The notes under the pieces were generated by a model. The model was not told where the DNA came from, did no database searches, and saw only the letters and a list, made by a program, of their open reading frames with translations. A stretch of 63,237 nucleotides of DNA, filler included, from Bigelowiella natans CCMP2755 (taxonomy: Eukaryota > Protista > Cercozoa): assembly GCA_000320545.1 (NCBI GenBank). It is 11 parts of 11 records of this genome, joined end to end, with 100 filler letters (N's around TTAATTAATTAA, not from the genome) between each part and the next. Parts side by side here need not be neighbours in the genome. Positions count along the whole stretch, not along the records: positions 10,247 to 32,757 come from ADNK01000281.1; 10 more parts are not named here. The stretch is one strand, 5' to 3'. Made by a program: the position numbers and the translations under genes. Numbering within the stretch: position 1 is the first letter of the stretch; each line of letters begins with the position of its first letter. Positions 13,742 through 26,114 of this stretch are shown here, in pieces.

Positions 13742-15296
13742 TACAATGTATTTTAGCTACATCGCGGATCGAATTGCAGGGAATATTCGCAAAATCAGCC
13801 CCGATCGGACGGTCACGACGTTGGCCGGAACTTCCATATCGTAAGCACATCTTGTTGCCCTCATCCCCTACCTGCTTCTCTTGCGTTTGCCGATAAAAGT
13901 AGTAGTAGTGCTTATCATCATGTAATTTCAGGGAGAAAGAGGTGGAAGAAGCTGAATTCCTTCATGGGCTGAGGGATGGGCCGGCCTCTCAGGCGCTGTT
14001 CTACGTGAGAAAGCACCACTTTTCACTCTCTCCTTCTGCACAGCGAGAGATTATCGAAGATCCGACATCTATTACCTGTTGTTGTTGCTTATTCGCTCTC
14101 CTCCCCGTGCCGCTGCTATTGCTGCGGCTGCTGCTGCTGCTGTTGTTCTTGCAGTGTCCCAACGGACTGTGCGTGTCGCGACAAGGAAACGTCTACATAG
14201 CGGATTCGTTCAACCACCGCATCCGAAAGATCTCGCTGAAAAACCAAGAGGTTGGTGCCCGGCCCGCTTCCATCTTGATTGGGGATGCAAGTGAATGATA
14301 TCGGGGGGGGGGGGGGCGTTCATCGCCCATGATGTGTGCGCGGTTATCTCTCTAAATGTTAGCGTTTTTGTGTCGTAGGTGACGACCCTGGCAGGAGGGT
14401 TTAAGGGCTTCCATGACATGTTTCACTTCAAGGAATTCGATCGTTCGTATGAATTCCAGACCTTCGGCATAGTAATCAACACTAATTAGTAGTTCTATCA
14501 TCATCATCATTATCACCATCGCACAGTCGTAGTGCTCGCTACAAGTAGCAGCATTGAATACATTTTCCGACATATATCGAGAGACGCTGTCACACACGAT
14601 CTATTCGTTCGTTTTTACATTTGAGAATCCCTTCCCCCCCCCCCGCCGCTTTCTCTCTTTCTCTTTCTCTCTCTCTCTTCAACGCCTCCCAAATTTTGCA
14701 GGACGGAGCTAAGTGCGACGGCAAGGCGGAGTACGCTGCCTTCAAAGAGCCGACGGTCGTGCAAGTGACGACGGAATAAGCTGCAAATCGTTTATCTAAC
14801 TACCACTTTTCAATTTCCTTAGGGTGTGGCAGTAGATCTGAACGAAACTGTCTATGTCGCGGACTCGGAGAACCAGCGAATTTGCAAGATAATCCCCATT
14901 CCACGCAGGTGAATACAGGCAGCGGGAGGGGAGAGGGACATGAGGAGAACGCAGAAGAAAGCGATGGCAGAGCATGTTTACGGATCAAGTTATGATCAGA
15001 AGAATTATTGCTGTTTTTTGAAGATCTAAACAAATCACGTGAGGAAGACGTTTCTGGGGATCTGTGCTACTTGATATAATTAACATGAAAGCAAGCGCTA
15101 ATCTCTCCTCTTGTATGCATCCTCGGTGTTGTTGTCATCGGGTGTTCTTCATCTATCTTTAGCCAATGGAGTAAAATGACCGAGAGGGTGAGTGGGGAGG
15201 AAGGTGAAGATATTGCGTCAGGTGGAAGATGAACATATAAAATAAGGCACAGACAGACACTTCATTTTCAGTATGTGTTTTGAGGCGATTTGTTAT

Positions 15297-15340
<44 letters not shown>

Positions 15341-15725
15341 CGCTCGCTCGCGTCTGTGTTTGTGCGTCATCGTCTTCGTTTGTTTCTCCCAACAAAGCAG
15401 CAACGGTGGCGGATGGGGACGATGCAGATTTTGGAATGGGAGGCTTGCTGCCGGAGGAGGACGGTGTTGAAGATCGAGGGCAAAGTGATGATGCTACAGC
15501 AGGGGAAGGGAGACCAGAACAAGAGGATGATGAGGAAGAGGAGGGAGAGAAAGGGCCTCTACATGATGACACGAATGTCATAGCAACACTGCACCAAGAA
15601 GACGAGGAGGAGATGGAGGACAAGGAGGACGACCAGACTTTCTCAGATTCGAGTCATGTTCCCCTCCTCTTCCTCTCGAAATCTAATAGCACCCTCACAC
15701 ATACACACACATAATATTATTAAAA

Positions 15726-15773
<48 letters not shown>

Positions 15774-16252
15774 ACGTACTTTATTTGTTCCTGTAGCTAT
15801 TGTTGACCATATTGCAGCAAAAACAGCCATACTTTCATTGCAAAGACTACAACTAATGCTCAATTCCATACTCCCCTCCTCAGTTCTGAAGGGTGGATCT
15901 TTGACGGTCTCTACCCAAGCGACCAGGGGCCTGAGCCAACTGGATAAAAGGCAGCAGGAAGATGCGAAGGGCGATGTTCGCAAGAAAGAGTTGGATTTCG
16001 ATTTCCCGGATGATGAGGGGGAGGACAAGAGTGTTGCCAGAATGTAAGTTTTATCCACCACCTCACCTCATCGCAGAATGTCCATCTGAGCAGTCTATAA
16101 TTCTAATGTAGCAGCGACGACGACGAGAAAGGAGAAGATTTTCTCGTTAGGCCTGAGGGATGATATGGTTTTTCAGGAAGATCATAGGGGAAATGGTGGA
16201 TAGTACGATGCCAGCACCTCAGGGCAGTGAGAGAAACTCAGCGCTATTTTGA
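10498..16252 (+). CDS. NHL-repeat beta-propeller protein with acidic C-terminal tail
   Basis: Spliced repeats: VEIFAGDGKMG|IRDG, YIADRIAGNIRKISPDRTVTTLAG, RDGPASQALFY|CPNGLCVSRQGNVYIADSFNHRIRKI, AAFKEPT|GVAVDLNETVYVADSENQRICKI. Stop TGA at 16250-16252. Start position is uncertain. Confidence 0.75.
11460..11590. repeat. intronic (GAA)n/(GAG)n microsatellite, representative of many intronic SSRs
   Basis: Seen directly; comparable tracts of CAT, TAC, GAT, CT, GT and AT fill most long introns (e.g. (GAT)n at ~49700-49780). Confidence 0.95.
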
Positions 16253-17261
16253 TTCCCCTGCCAAAAAATGATTATAATAATAACAGGAAATGAATCTTCC
16301 CTGATCTCCGTTGTGTTTGCATTATTTTGTCCTTTCGGGATTTATAGATGAGCGCAATTTGTTTATGTATGCGAACACAGCTGCATAAAATTTTATATCG
16401 TTGTTATGCAGCTATAGGCCGATCAGCGCACGCATCGTCAAGAGTGTACCTTTACGTCGTTTTGGAGTGAAGCTTAGCTTCACGAGCATGATAACAGCTG
16501 TAAACTGCAAATAATGATCTTGAAATCGTCCATTGCAATAATGCTGGTCTGTATCTTTTTTGTGCTTGCATTGTAGTCTCCTGCGTACGTGAGCTAGCAT
16601 GCATTGGATCATGGCTTCCACTTAGCTGACCACCGCGTGCAGTCTCTAAACCAGAATACTTCGCATAAAGTTGGGCATGATGCTACATGTAATGCAATAT
16701 AATGATCAAAGTGTAGCAATATAGAGCAACAGCAATATAGCATGGAAGATATACGCCTGCTGCACACTGCAATCATTTGTTAGAGCCATGACAATACAAA
16801 TATAGCCTGTGTTAATCATCGCAGCTTCTTGCTACCTTTTCACAAACTACATCGTCGCGATCGAATCATCGGTGATACAGCACATGTATGTGGCACATGT
16901 AGACCATTGAACAAATTTAGTTGATTGATTACATTCGTCTTACATGCGGTACACATGTGCATCGTGCGTACGTATACGCACATTTCTAGATTTGTATGCG
17001 TGGCTACCACATACACATGCATGGCTATATGATATATGCATACATATTATGCTGTACGCGCTGGCGTAATGCTTTGGTAACAGTAGTAGATCCAGATTTT
17101 ATGTAAAGATTGAATCTAGTCCTGCATTTTTTCAAAATCCATATTGCCTCCTCAATCAATTGATTTGCGTGCTAGGCAGTATCATCACTATCATATATTC
17201 ATTTAGAACGACATACCATATATACGATCTCTCCAACTGACGGATTTACTTACCCCCCCAG
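16253..17261. terminator. convergent 3' region rich in short palindromes (NHL gene / orphan gene)
   Basis: GTGAAGCT-T-AGCTTCAC at 16467-16483, GCTAGCATGCAT at 16593-16604, TGCGTA..TACGCA at 16965-16980; no microsatellites. Function is inferred from position only. Confidence 0.35.
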
Positions 17262-17473
17262 CTATTTCAGATCATCATTAAAGAAACTTTCAAGGTCGAT
17301 CTTTGCCATGAGCTCCTCCACGGCGAGAGACATCAAAACCGTTTCACCTTCAAAGGTATTCGTGTGCATATCTGCTTGCGTGAGGGTGCGTGTATGTGCG
17401 TGTGTCCATGTTCAAGACCGCCTGTAATCTTGCAGTATTTCATTCAATCGTCACTGTGATGATCATCATCATG

Positions 17474-17504
<31 letters not shown>

Positions 17505-17771
17505 CCAGGCTATGCAAGAGTACACCTCCCCCCCTTCTGCCCCTTTAATGGAGCACCTTCATCATCGTCGGTAATGGCCTGCACAAGATCCGCCCCGATC
17601 GCCGATGCCTTCCCTTGCTGCACGTCCACGCACAGAAGAAGCACCAATTGCTGCGCGCTAGCTTCGTAAGGCCATAGGGGCTTGCCTTCTCTACCGTCGA
17701 TCTAATGGTATTGATAATAATAAGTCAAGTGGATAATGAGGGCTTCCGATCCGTGATTACACCTTTACGCA

Positions 17772-17816
<45 letters not shown>

Positions 17817-17826
17817 GCGCGCGCGC

Positions 17827-17862
<36 letters not shown>

Positions 17863-18069
17863 TGTGCATGTCCATGCCCCTTCCTTATAGACTTTTCAAA
17901 GGAAGGATTCATTGGCTGAATGCATGTTTGTGCGGGAGTGTGTTTAGAGGAGGGCTGGGAGAAGGGACCGTCATTGCGTAAACTTCATCCAGATCGACGC
18001 TACTGATAGCCTTTACACAAAAGAGCAGAAATATCCAATTAAAATATATTGACACCACACACGCCCACA

Positions 18070-18150
<81 letters not shown>

Positions 18151-18265
18151 GTTTATGTGTGTGCGTGTGCACCACCTTGTGGATGTCCTGTTTAAGAGCG
18201 TCTTCCAGACGATTTCCGCCCCCTGCTACCCCTCCCTGCTCTATGCTCCTAAGCTCCTGACAATA

Positions 18266-18302
<37 letters not shown>

Positions 18303-19854
18303 CAAGCTGTAGCGCTCTGGCCTGCAATACCTCAACGGTGACGTAGTCGTGCTCCATTGATTGAAGTAGCAGTGTGTCAGATATGCCGATAACCTCACCT
18401 ATATAAAAATAAGCACACAATATTACGTGGTTACAAATGTGTTGTTTGTTCCGCTCCATCGCTATCGTGATTCCTAAAATTTGGTGACTTTTACAACCTC
18501 CCCCCCCCCCCTCCCTCCTCTATATCCCACCCCCCTTCTACCATATTCTGGGTGCTCAAAGAATCCGAGTTTTGCGGCTCTGGAGGCAGGTCGCCACTGA
18601 ACTGCAGCTCGGACGAATACAACCCCGCGTCTATAAAAAAAGAAGAATGCCAGCTTTCATTCTAATGATGATGAGAAAGAGGAGGAATGAAGCATGAACT
18701 CACCCGTGTTCTTTGTGATGCTCAATCGCATACTCATCGATCTCCCTGCCCATTTGTATGTATATTATTAACGCATTGGTTGGTTGCTGATATCACTTAA
18801 CATGAAGAAGATGAGAAGGCAAGCTTTGCAGCTGCAAGTGTGGCGTGTTGCGTGCGTGGGAGTTGTGCATGTGAGTGTATGCAGTGCTGCTGCGATGCAT
18901 GGAAGCACTGCAACTCGAACCCCTGCACTCGCACACATTAAAAAATTATATCGGAATGGGAGGAGGGGAAAGGGAGTCACTTACTCAGCGTAGTCTGGAT
19001 CTTGAGTGAGCTCGTCAAAGACCTGGTCCCAAATTTCTGACAGCTACGTGTATGCATGGGGAACAATGGTGATAATAATGAACATCTTGGTGAAGTATAT
19101 ATTGTAAAACTATGTGATGAAGCCAGTATTAATGGTCATTAGAAGTCGTAGGAATCATTATGCAGCAGCACCCCCACCCCCGCCCCCTCCACCACATCAA
19201 AGGTTCTGCAAAACACCAACACCTTTTCGTCATTCCACTCCGGCATTCTTGTAGCATCTGCAGCTGTTTTCTGCCTTTCCCTCCCCTGTAAGTAGAGATA
19301 TGAACTTCAGATACGTTTGGACATAACCATAAATGTAGAAGGCCCACATCGGATAAAAATCAATCATAAACCTCTTGTTCCTTCTCTTGTGCTCTTTTCC
19401 TCCTATCGCGATTCACCACATCATGGGCGCTAGCACGTTCGCCATCTCGCCCCTTACCAAATCCACCCCCCCCCTTTTTCCGGGCTTTTGGTGTGATCAG
19501 TGCTCGACGTTGCAGCAGGAGCGGTTCCTGGTGCAATAGATTATGGTTGGAGCTGCCGACGGCATATCCGACTATGTTCGAAGATCTATGTGTATGCTCG
19601 TGCAGCAGCGGCTGGTGCATTTTTCTGTTCAGCGTCAAGGTTGAAGGCCGTCGAAATTTTGGATGAGGCAGAGAATACAGAGAATGGGCTCCTCTGGAAA
19701 CCCTCCCCCCACAGGAAAAAGTAGGGTATGCGGCTGCGGCAACACCGACAGGGAGGATCGTGGAGGACAGCAACACAAATGACGCCCACCCAACGAAAAA
19801 TATCATTCCGTCAGACCGAAAAGCGATGCGGCGATGATCGAAACAAGGATCCAA
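17262..19854 (-). CDS. uncharacterised protein with bipartite (signal + transit-like) plastid-targeting presequence
   Basis: First exon has MIFFVGWASFVLLSSTILPVGVAAAA followed by a long basic Ser/Arg/His stretch. About nine further GT-AG exons splice in frame (LSEIWDQVFDELTQDPDYAE|EIDEYAIEHHKEHG|RGVVFVRAAVQW...) to TAG at 17264-17262. Confidence 0.65.
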
Positions 19855-20209
19855 ATGCGCTCAAGGGAGATCTTAAAGTCCCGCAAGGGGGAGGGTGGGG
19901 TCAGGTTCCGAGCTCAGCCAGGAGAGAATCACAGGGGAAAAACGACGTTTTCTCACAACGACAAAGCCATTTATTGTCGCACATATTTCCGAGAGAGCCT
20001 CGAAATGAAATTCGATAATGGTATGCCTGATCATGATTGCGACATGCATTTTCCCACTAAATTTGGAAGAAAACGGGCTTCTTCTTCTTCCATCGAGGTC
20101 ATACCCTAGCGGGCCTGGAGTGCTCGAACCCCTTGTTTGCCCCCCCTTCTGTCAGGAAAGACGATAGTCTATTGGACAGTAAGCTTCTCCTTCCATTTTG
20201 CTGCCGCCG

Positions 20210-22367
20210 ATGAGGAGGAGCTCCTCGGTTATCTTTGGTCCCCTTCTTTCTTGCGCTGAAGGGAACCTCCCCGTCAGGAGCTCCTCGATCCGGGAAAGAA
20301 GGACGTCGTCGTTTTCGTTGCAACGCCGAGCAGGTGGTCGGCCCAGGGCACGTTCTATGAGCGACATCTTGTTTTCCCTTCATCTTTCTTTCTAGATATA
20401 AATTACAATAACCTGATCTTCTTTGTTTTTCCTCAACTATAGCAGAGAGGTGGAAACGTCACTATTCAAACCAGTCGTTCCAGATGCGAAAGCTTCAAGA
20501 GCCACAAAAATCCCGGAATCCCGCAGTCCTCGTAATGTGTGGATCCTTCTCGCCTGTAACAAACCTTCATTTGTACGCAATGGACTCGGCAAGAACTTTC
20601 TTGCATCACCAAGACTCCAACTACGAGGTAGATTTTTAGAGTGCTGCTCCTCGCAGTATTGAGCCCGCTTAGACATGATAGTGGATAAGCACGGGGGTGG
20701 AGAGGACGAAAAGGAAGCATTAGCCTTTCTTCCCTTTGTGCTAGTTTTGGGCACTTAGAAACGGAACACATTTATTCGGCGGTGACATTCTAGGTAATTG
20801 GAGGATTCATGTCTCCTGTGAGCGATTCATATAAAAAAGAAGGACTTGCTCCCGGCGTACACCGAAAGACGATGTGTCATATGGCGTTGCAAAAATCTCC
20901 GTGGGTATGTTGTATATTCGATGATAACACTGAAAGGATACTCAAAACGAATTTATAAGTTAACTCATCTTCCAGCCATCCTTTTCCTTGTCCTTTTTGT
21001 TCCAAATAATACGTCCTGATCCTCCCCTATGTTACCGCCCTCCTTCCCCTTCATAGATAGCCCTGCACAGCTGGGAGATGGACCAGATAGATAGATGGAC
21101 TCCGACGAAATTGGTCATCGCTCCGATATGCTGAGAATCAAAACAACATAAAATTCCTCGGTCAACATCGAAAATACATCAAGTTTTGCACTTTCAGACA
21201 CAAGATATTTATGGCCTCGGTGCCGTAAACATTCCAAAATGCTGTTGATTCTTCTTTTCTCTCTTATCCATCTACTAATATCTGAATCCTAGTGCATATT
21301 TCAGGTTGTTCAGCGAATGCGTGAAGACGTATGCAACAGGCTAGAAGAATTCGGTCCCTATTTTCCCAATAATAAACAAAGTTTTGACTTTTCAATCACG
21401 TTGACTGACAAGAATGCTCGTATGTGCCGAAAGTTATTAGTGCTCCCAGTTAACTGGATCGATGTTGATTTGCTTCTTCCTCTCTTTTTCTTTTTCTTTT
21501 TCTTCTTATTTTTCCACCTCATCTTCCTCCTCATCCCTGCAGGTTGCACGCCATCAACCATAGAGAGTACCAAGTTCTTACTCGTTTGCGGCGGCGACTT
21601 GCTGGCAGGTCTCTCTGACGAGAAGCTCTGGTCTGACGACGATCTTGACTGCTTTTTCAGGTGTTCATTGACACCAGCCACTACTCCTTCATAGCAGCTG
21701 TTCTTTAATACTACCGTCACTAAATCAACCCAATCTGAAATCTTTTCATAGATAAATAAAATGTTTATACTTTTTTTATTTCTCTTTCCGCACCACAGCT
21801 TCATTTATAGTGCCTCAAAGTTTACGTAGCCCTTCTTTGATTTTATAACACTGCGTCGCTAGGGACGGTATCTGCGTGCTGCCGAGACAAGGAACCGAGA
21901 TTGACGAGGTACTGGTTAGCACGTAATTTTAGGGTGGAGATAAAAGAATCAAAGCCGGGTTGATGTCTCAAAATGCACCATGGATGGATGTCGGTGAACG
22001 ACAACCTCCTGGGAGTATTTCTTTTAATATGGAACCAGTTCTTATACCTACAGCGTGTTGACCATTCGAAATGCTATAAACATGCATACCTACTTACGAT
22101 TCCGTTTACCACACTTAACTTGGTGTACTAATGTGTGCCGTGAATGGACTGCCCAAGTAGGTACTTCGCATGGAAAGAGTCGCTCCTTACCAACAGAAAA
22201 TCCATGTCCTCCCCTATGATATGCCCAACAGTGTGAGCTCGACTCTTGTCCGTCACCTATTGAAGAATGGCGGCAGCGCCGACAGCAACCTTAGCTCCTT
22301 TGTAGACCTAGATGTTCTCGACTATATATATTGCCATGGTTTGTACGATACTCGATACAGTGATTAA
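20210..22367 (+). CDS. NMNAT: nicotinamide/nicotinate mononucleotide adenylyltransferase
   Basis: Spliced: AVLVMCGSFSPVTNLHL...|VIGGFMSPVSDSYKKEGLAPGVHRKTMC...W|IALHSWE...WTPT...LLVCGGDLL...LW...|GICVLPR...NSVSSTLVR...VLDYIYCHGLY. All of these are eukaryotic NMNAT motifs; stop TAA at 22367. Confidence 0.92.
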
Positions 22368-23234
22368 GCCATAGTGGTGATGATGATTACGACTATTGAG
22401 GATTCAATGATTTTTGTCGCTTGTCTGTGTCCGATCGATCAATGAAAAAACAAATTTTCCAGGTTTGCATTGTAAGTTTATCTTATATTGTTGCTAAGTA
22501 ACTCGTAGCGTTCTGTGATCAATGTTGGCGGCTGCGAGTGCCATGCCATCTACAGCCTTAATAAGCGCCATGCATGCTGCTGTCACAGTCTAGCAGGGTG
22601 AACAAGTGTGACTAGTTGTACGCGCATGTGTAGTCTAGACGTTCTAACGTTGGGTGCACACGCCAGTGCACGCGTGTGTCACACAATGAGGCTTGACGTG
22701 TTGGTAACACATTGCACATGCTAGTATGAGCATGTCTAGATGCAAAGCTGCATGCTGCAGGACAGGAGCCATACTAGCATATTACCATGATACGCGATAC
22801 GCCTAACACAAGCTATAGCAAGAGCCATTCCAAATTGCATGTGCGTGTATTTACACACTATATAATGATGATCGATTGGCATAGCTATGCTACATTGTTT
22901 GGATGGCAATCGAAAAATATTAAAATATTCATTACATCCGTCTCATAGTCACATAGTCAATTCTAAAATTGCTAGAATTGGCCCAGATGCATGCGGGCAC
23001 GCGCAGCATGTTCGATATTACTATCTACTTTCGTATCGCAGACGCGTTGCATGCGTAAGATGAATGCACGGAAACATATGCATAGCTTATTTGTTGGTCA
23101 CATTGCTTTTCGATTATGAAAATCAACTTCGAAGGCACAAAAAAATACAGTTATTATGCAGAATGCTGCACGGTGTGATCCTCACATCCTTAAGGGCTAT
23201 GGGCAATCAAAATTTTAAGTCCAGTATCCGAGGA
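22368..23234. terminator. convergent 3' region rich in short palindromes (NMNAT / CNOT9)
   Basis: Inverted repeat ATGCTAGTATG (22718-22728) / CATACTAGCAT (22770-22780); palindrome GCATAGCTATGC at 22879-22890. Confidence 0.35.
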
Positions 23235-24754
23235 TTAACTGGTGTTGTCTGGTGGAATGTCCCCAATATTTCGCCTAAAATAAAGAAGTACGCATGAAAA
23301 CATACAATCAACTTCCCATATTGTTTGCATGAAGGCCTGTCAGTGCTACTGCTGCTACCACTACTGCACTATTACTCACAAAAGCTGTTGCAGCCATTTG
23401 CGAGTCAGCTTTTCACTATCATCTTGAAGCTCCGAAGCGAAAGTGTTATCCCGTAGCTGGGAAGAAAAAAATAAGTAATCATTTTTTCTGAAATATATAG
23501 CACATTTCATTTTATTTTCAATTCAATAAATCATGGCTAGTGAGGTTTTTCAAAAGAGAAACATTGTGCAAAATTTTACTGAACCTCATTCGGAATGCAC
23601 GTTTGGAGAGCCTCTCGTGCGTGCTTATTCTCGGACAAACGAAGATAGCATCTACAAATGTGCTTGAGTAATCTCACAGATGGCTGCTCAACTAGTCCAA
23701 GAACCATTTTCCGAAGAACATCGCTCACGGTAGAAAATCTCTGTCGAGTATAAACAAATGAATCGTTCAGTGGCTTCTTTGATGAGGATGAATACATCAT
23801 TGCTTCACCTCGAAAGTGTGGCAGATATAAGCCAGTCCCTGATCGTCTAGGAGAATTTTCTGTATAATGAACGTTGCGACTGTCTTTGATAGCTCGCTTC
23901 CATTGTCCTGCGGAAGGAAATACACATCATCTAAGGGAACGTAAACTACCTTATCTGACTGCGGCTAAGTACCATAATGCGAAGGCACAATGGAATTATT
24001 TGCGTCTGGAGCAGGAACGTAATGACATCCGAATCGTCCATCTTAACCAGAGCACCTTTGTGATGCACAGGGGGTTAGCATGTTTCAGGGCACAACGATC
24101 GGAGGCGCTGCTGCTGCTGCCACAGCTACTACCAATGACTCCCAGACTGGTCAGGCGGAGGTACTCATATTGCCGGTAAGTGTACACTGTGTTCAAGAAC
24201 GGGTACAAGTAGAGAGGGATATGGGCATTGAGAAAAGCACTTCGGGTGTCCGGATGGGAAGCAACACATTGAAGGAGCGCTAGTGCGTTGCAGCATCTGA
24301 TTAACAAAACCAGACTTTCAGAGTAATCAGATGTCAATTGAATAACCAACACTACTAACCTATTCGAAAGTTCAGAAGTTAATCGTGCCGGTGAAAGCAG
24401 CGGATATATTGAAACAATCTCTTGCAGTAAAGCCGCTATCGTTCCAAATGAATTCCACAGAATTGGTGCGAGCCCAGGAAAATCCTCCCTCTTTTTAGAT
24501 AGTTCCAGCAACGCGGAGTCCCTTTATTTACATCACATCCATCATTCGTACTGATATCCGAATAAGTTAATGTACGTACAAGTATCTGCTACAACTTCCG
24601 TGTAGTACCTTTTCTCAACTTCTACGAGATCGTTAACAAGCTTGTAGAGATGGGAGGGGATGGCTGCCTTTTTCCCCTGGGTTCCAGTGGTGTTGTCGGA
24701 AAGAAGGGCGCCTGTCTCACGAGGTGCAGATTTTTCGTTCAAGCCTTGATGCAT
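23235..24754 (-). CDS. CNOT9: CCR4-NOT subunit 9 (RCD1/Caf40), 7 exons
   Basis: Complete GT-AG splice path: [10 protein letters not shown]...[24 protein letters not shown]...[21 protein letters not shown]...[10 protein letters not shown]...[13 protein letters not shown]|ALVK...[20 protein letters not shown]...[14 protein letters not shown]...WLQQLLRNI; stop TAA at 23237-23235. Confidence 0.96.
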
Positions 24755-24960
24755 TTGGTCAATAATTCCAGAAAGAGTCCGCTTCTAAAAGCCGTTAATT
24801 TTAAAGGTGGGGTTATAACTGCAGGTTAGAAACTCCATGCAATAAGATACCGAACTCTTGGGAAAAATAAGCGTCTCTATAAGTACTTACTTGCTATGGC
24901 CCAACCGTTGTAAGCCCGGTGGGTTTGTTAGAAGGGGCTGTTCGTTTGTGGATGTGAAGG
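24755..24960. promoter_or_regulatory. 206-bp putative bidirectional promoter between CNOT9 and IDI
   Basis: Divergent ATGs at 24754 (-) and 24961 (+). The IDI start is inferred from an in-frame signal-peptide exon. Confidence 0.5.
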
Positions 24961-26076
24961 ATGCTGTGGGCGGACCCCCTAGCACTCGCTATCTTTCTCT
25001 CTCTTGCTGTTCTGTTGTGAGGCCGCTTTGCGATTATTTGTTATTTAACCGCCTGCTTCATGTTCGTATTTCGTCGAACTTTGTTGTCGCTATCTCGAAA
25101 CGTATATACCCCCTTTTAAGTCCCCTCCAGAAACTCGCGGAACTCGATGGGAAAAATCCTGGAGAATCTCCAGACATGCGAACTTCTTCGTACGCTGAAA
25201 CGCATGCGGATTCTCCCCTGTGACAAAAACAAATTGTCATTTTCTTTCGATGATCTTTGTCGTCAAAGATAGTTTGCATCATATTTATCTCCTACGACAA
25301 TTTTGTAAGGATTGTCGCAGTAGTAATTCAACCATATCATTGCACATAGGCGCGCGACGTCGTCGACGTATGTTCGGAGATCGACCATCAGCACATTTCC
25401 ATCAACCCCCTCGCGCGCTACAATAAGAAGACGGCTGACTACTTACCATGGGGATCCTAGCTTGCAGACCAATGAAATGGGGACAAGGCATGAGCCAGGA
25501 GGTAATTGGGGAAGGTCGATGGATGGAGGGGTAGGGAGGGAGAGAAGGCGTTGAGGAATCCACATTATGAATAAGAGAGCGACGAGAACAAAATATATGT
25601 GTGTAATCATATCTGTCTCGTCTTCCTGCATGTGTATGATCGCAGCTGCACCGTCATAGACGCATGTCCTGATTAAGATGCAAATTTTCAGGACTTTATG
25701 AACAAAGACCAATGCATCCTTTTGGACACGGAGGATAACGTGAGTGGAGTTGTCGTTACATGCTCCTAATTCTGATTTGCCTATTCCTATAAACGTTACC
25801 ACTGATTGGCTTCAGGTTATTGGGCAGTGCTCGAAAAAAAAATCGCACATTTTCAGCGAGCTGGCTCCTAGGGGCATATTGCATCGTGCATTCTCGGTTT
25901 GATTTGAGTTCGCTATTTTTCACTCAACTAAGTCTTGATGATTTATTTTTTTCACCTTGCAAACTTTTCAAGGTGTTCCTCTTCGATTCTGAAGGGCGCA
26001 TGTTGCTCCAGAAGAGAGCGAACGATAAGGTCCATCACACTGCTCTATCATAATTTAAACAACCACCGCTAATTAA

Positions 26077-26114
<38 letters not shown>

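Noticed and set aside
14400-14720. Apparent GA donor or AT-AC intron in the NHL gene
   Set aside because: Extending the exon to ATA|gtaatc (~14471) gives a canonical in-frame junction.
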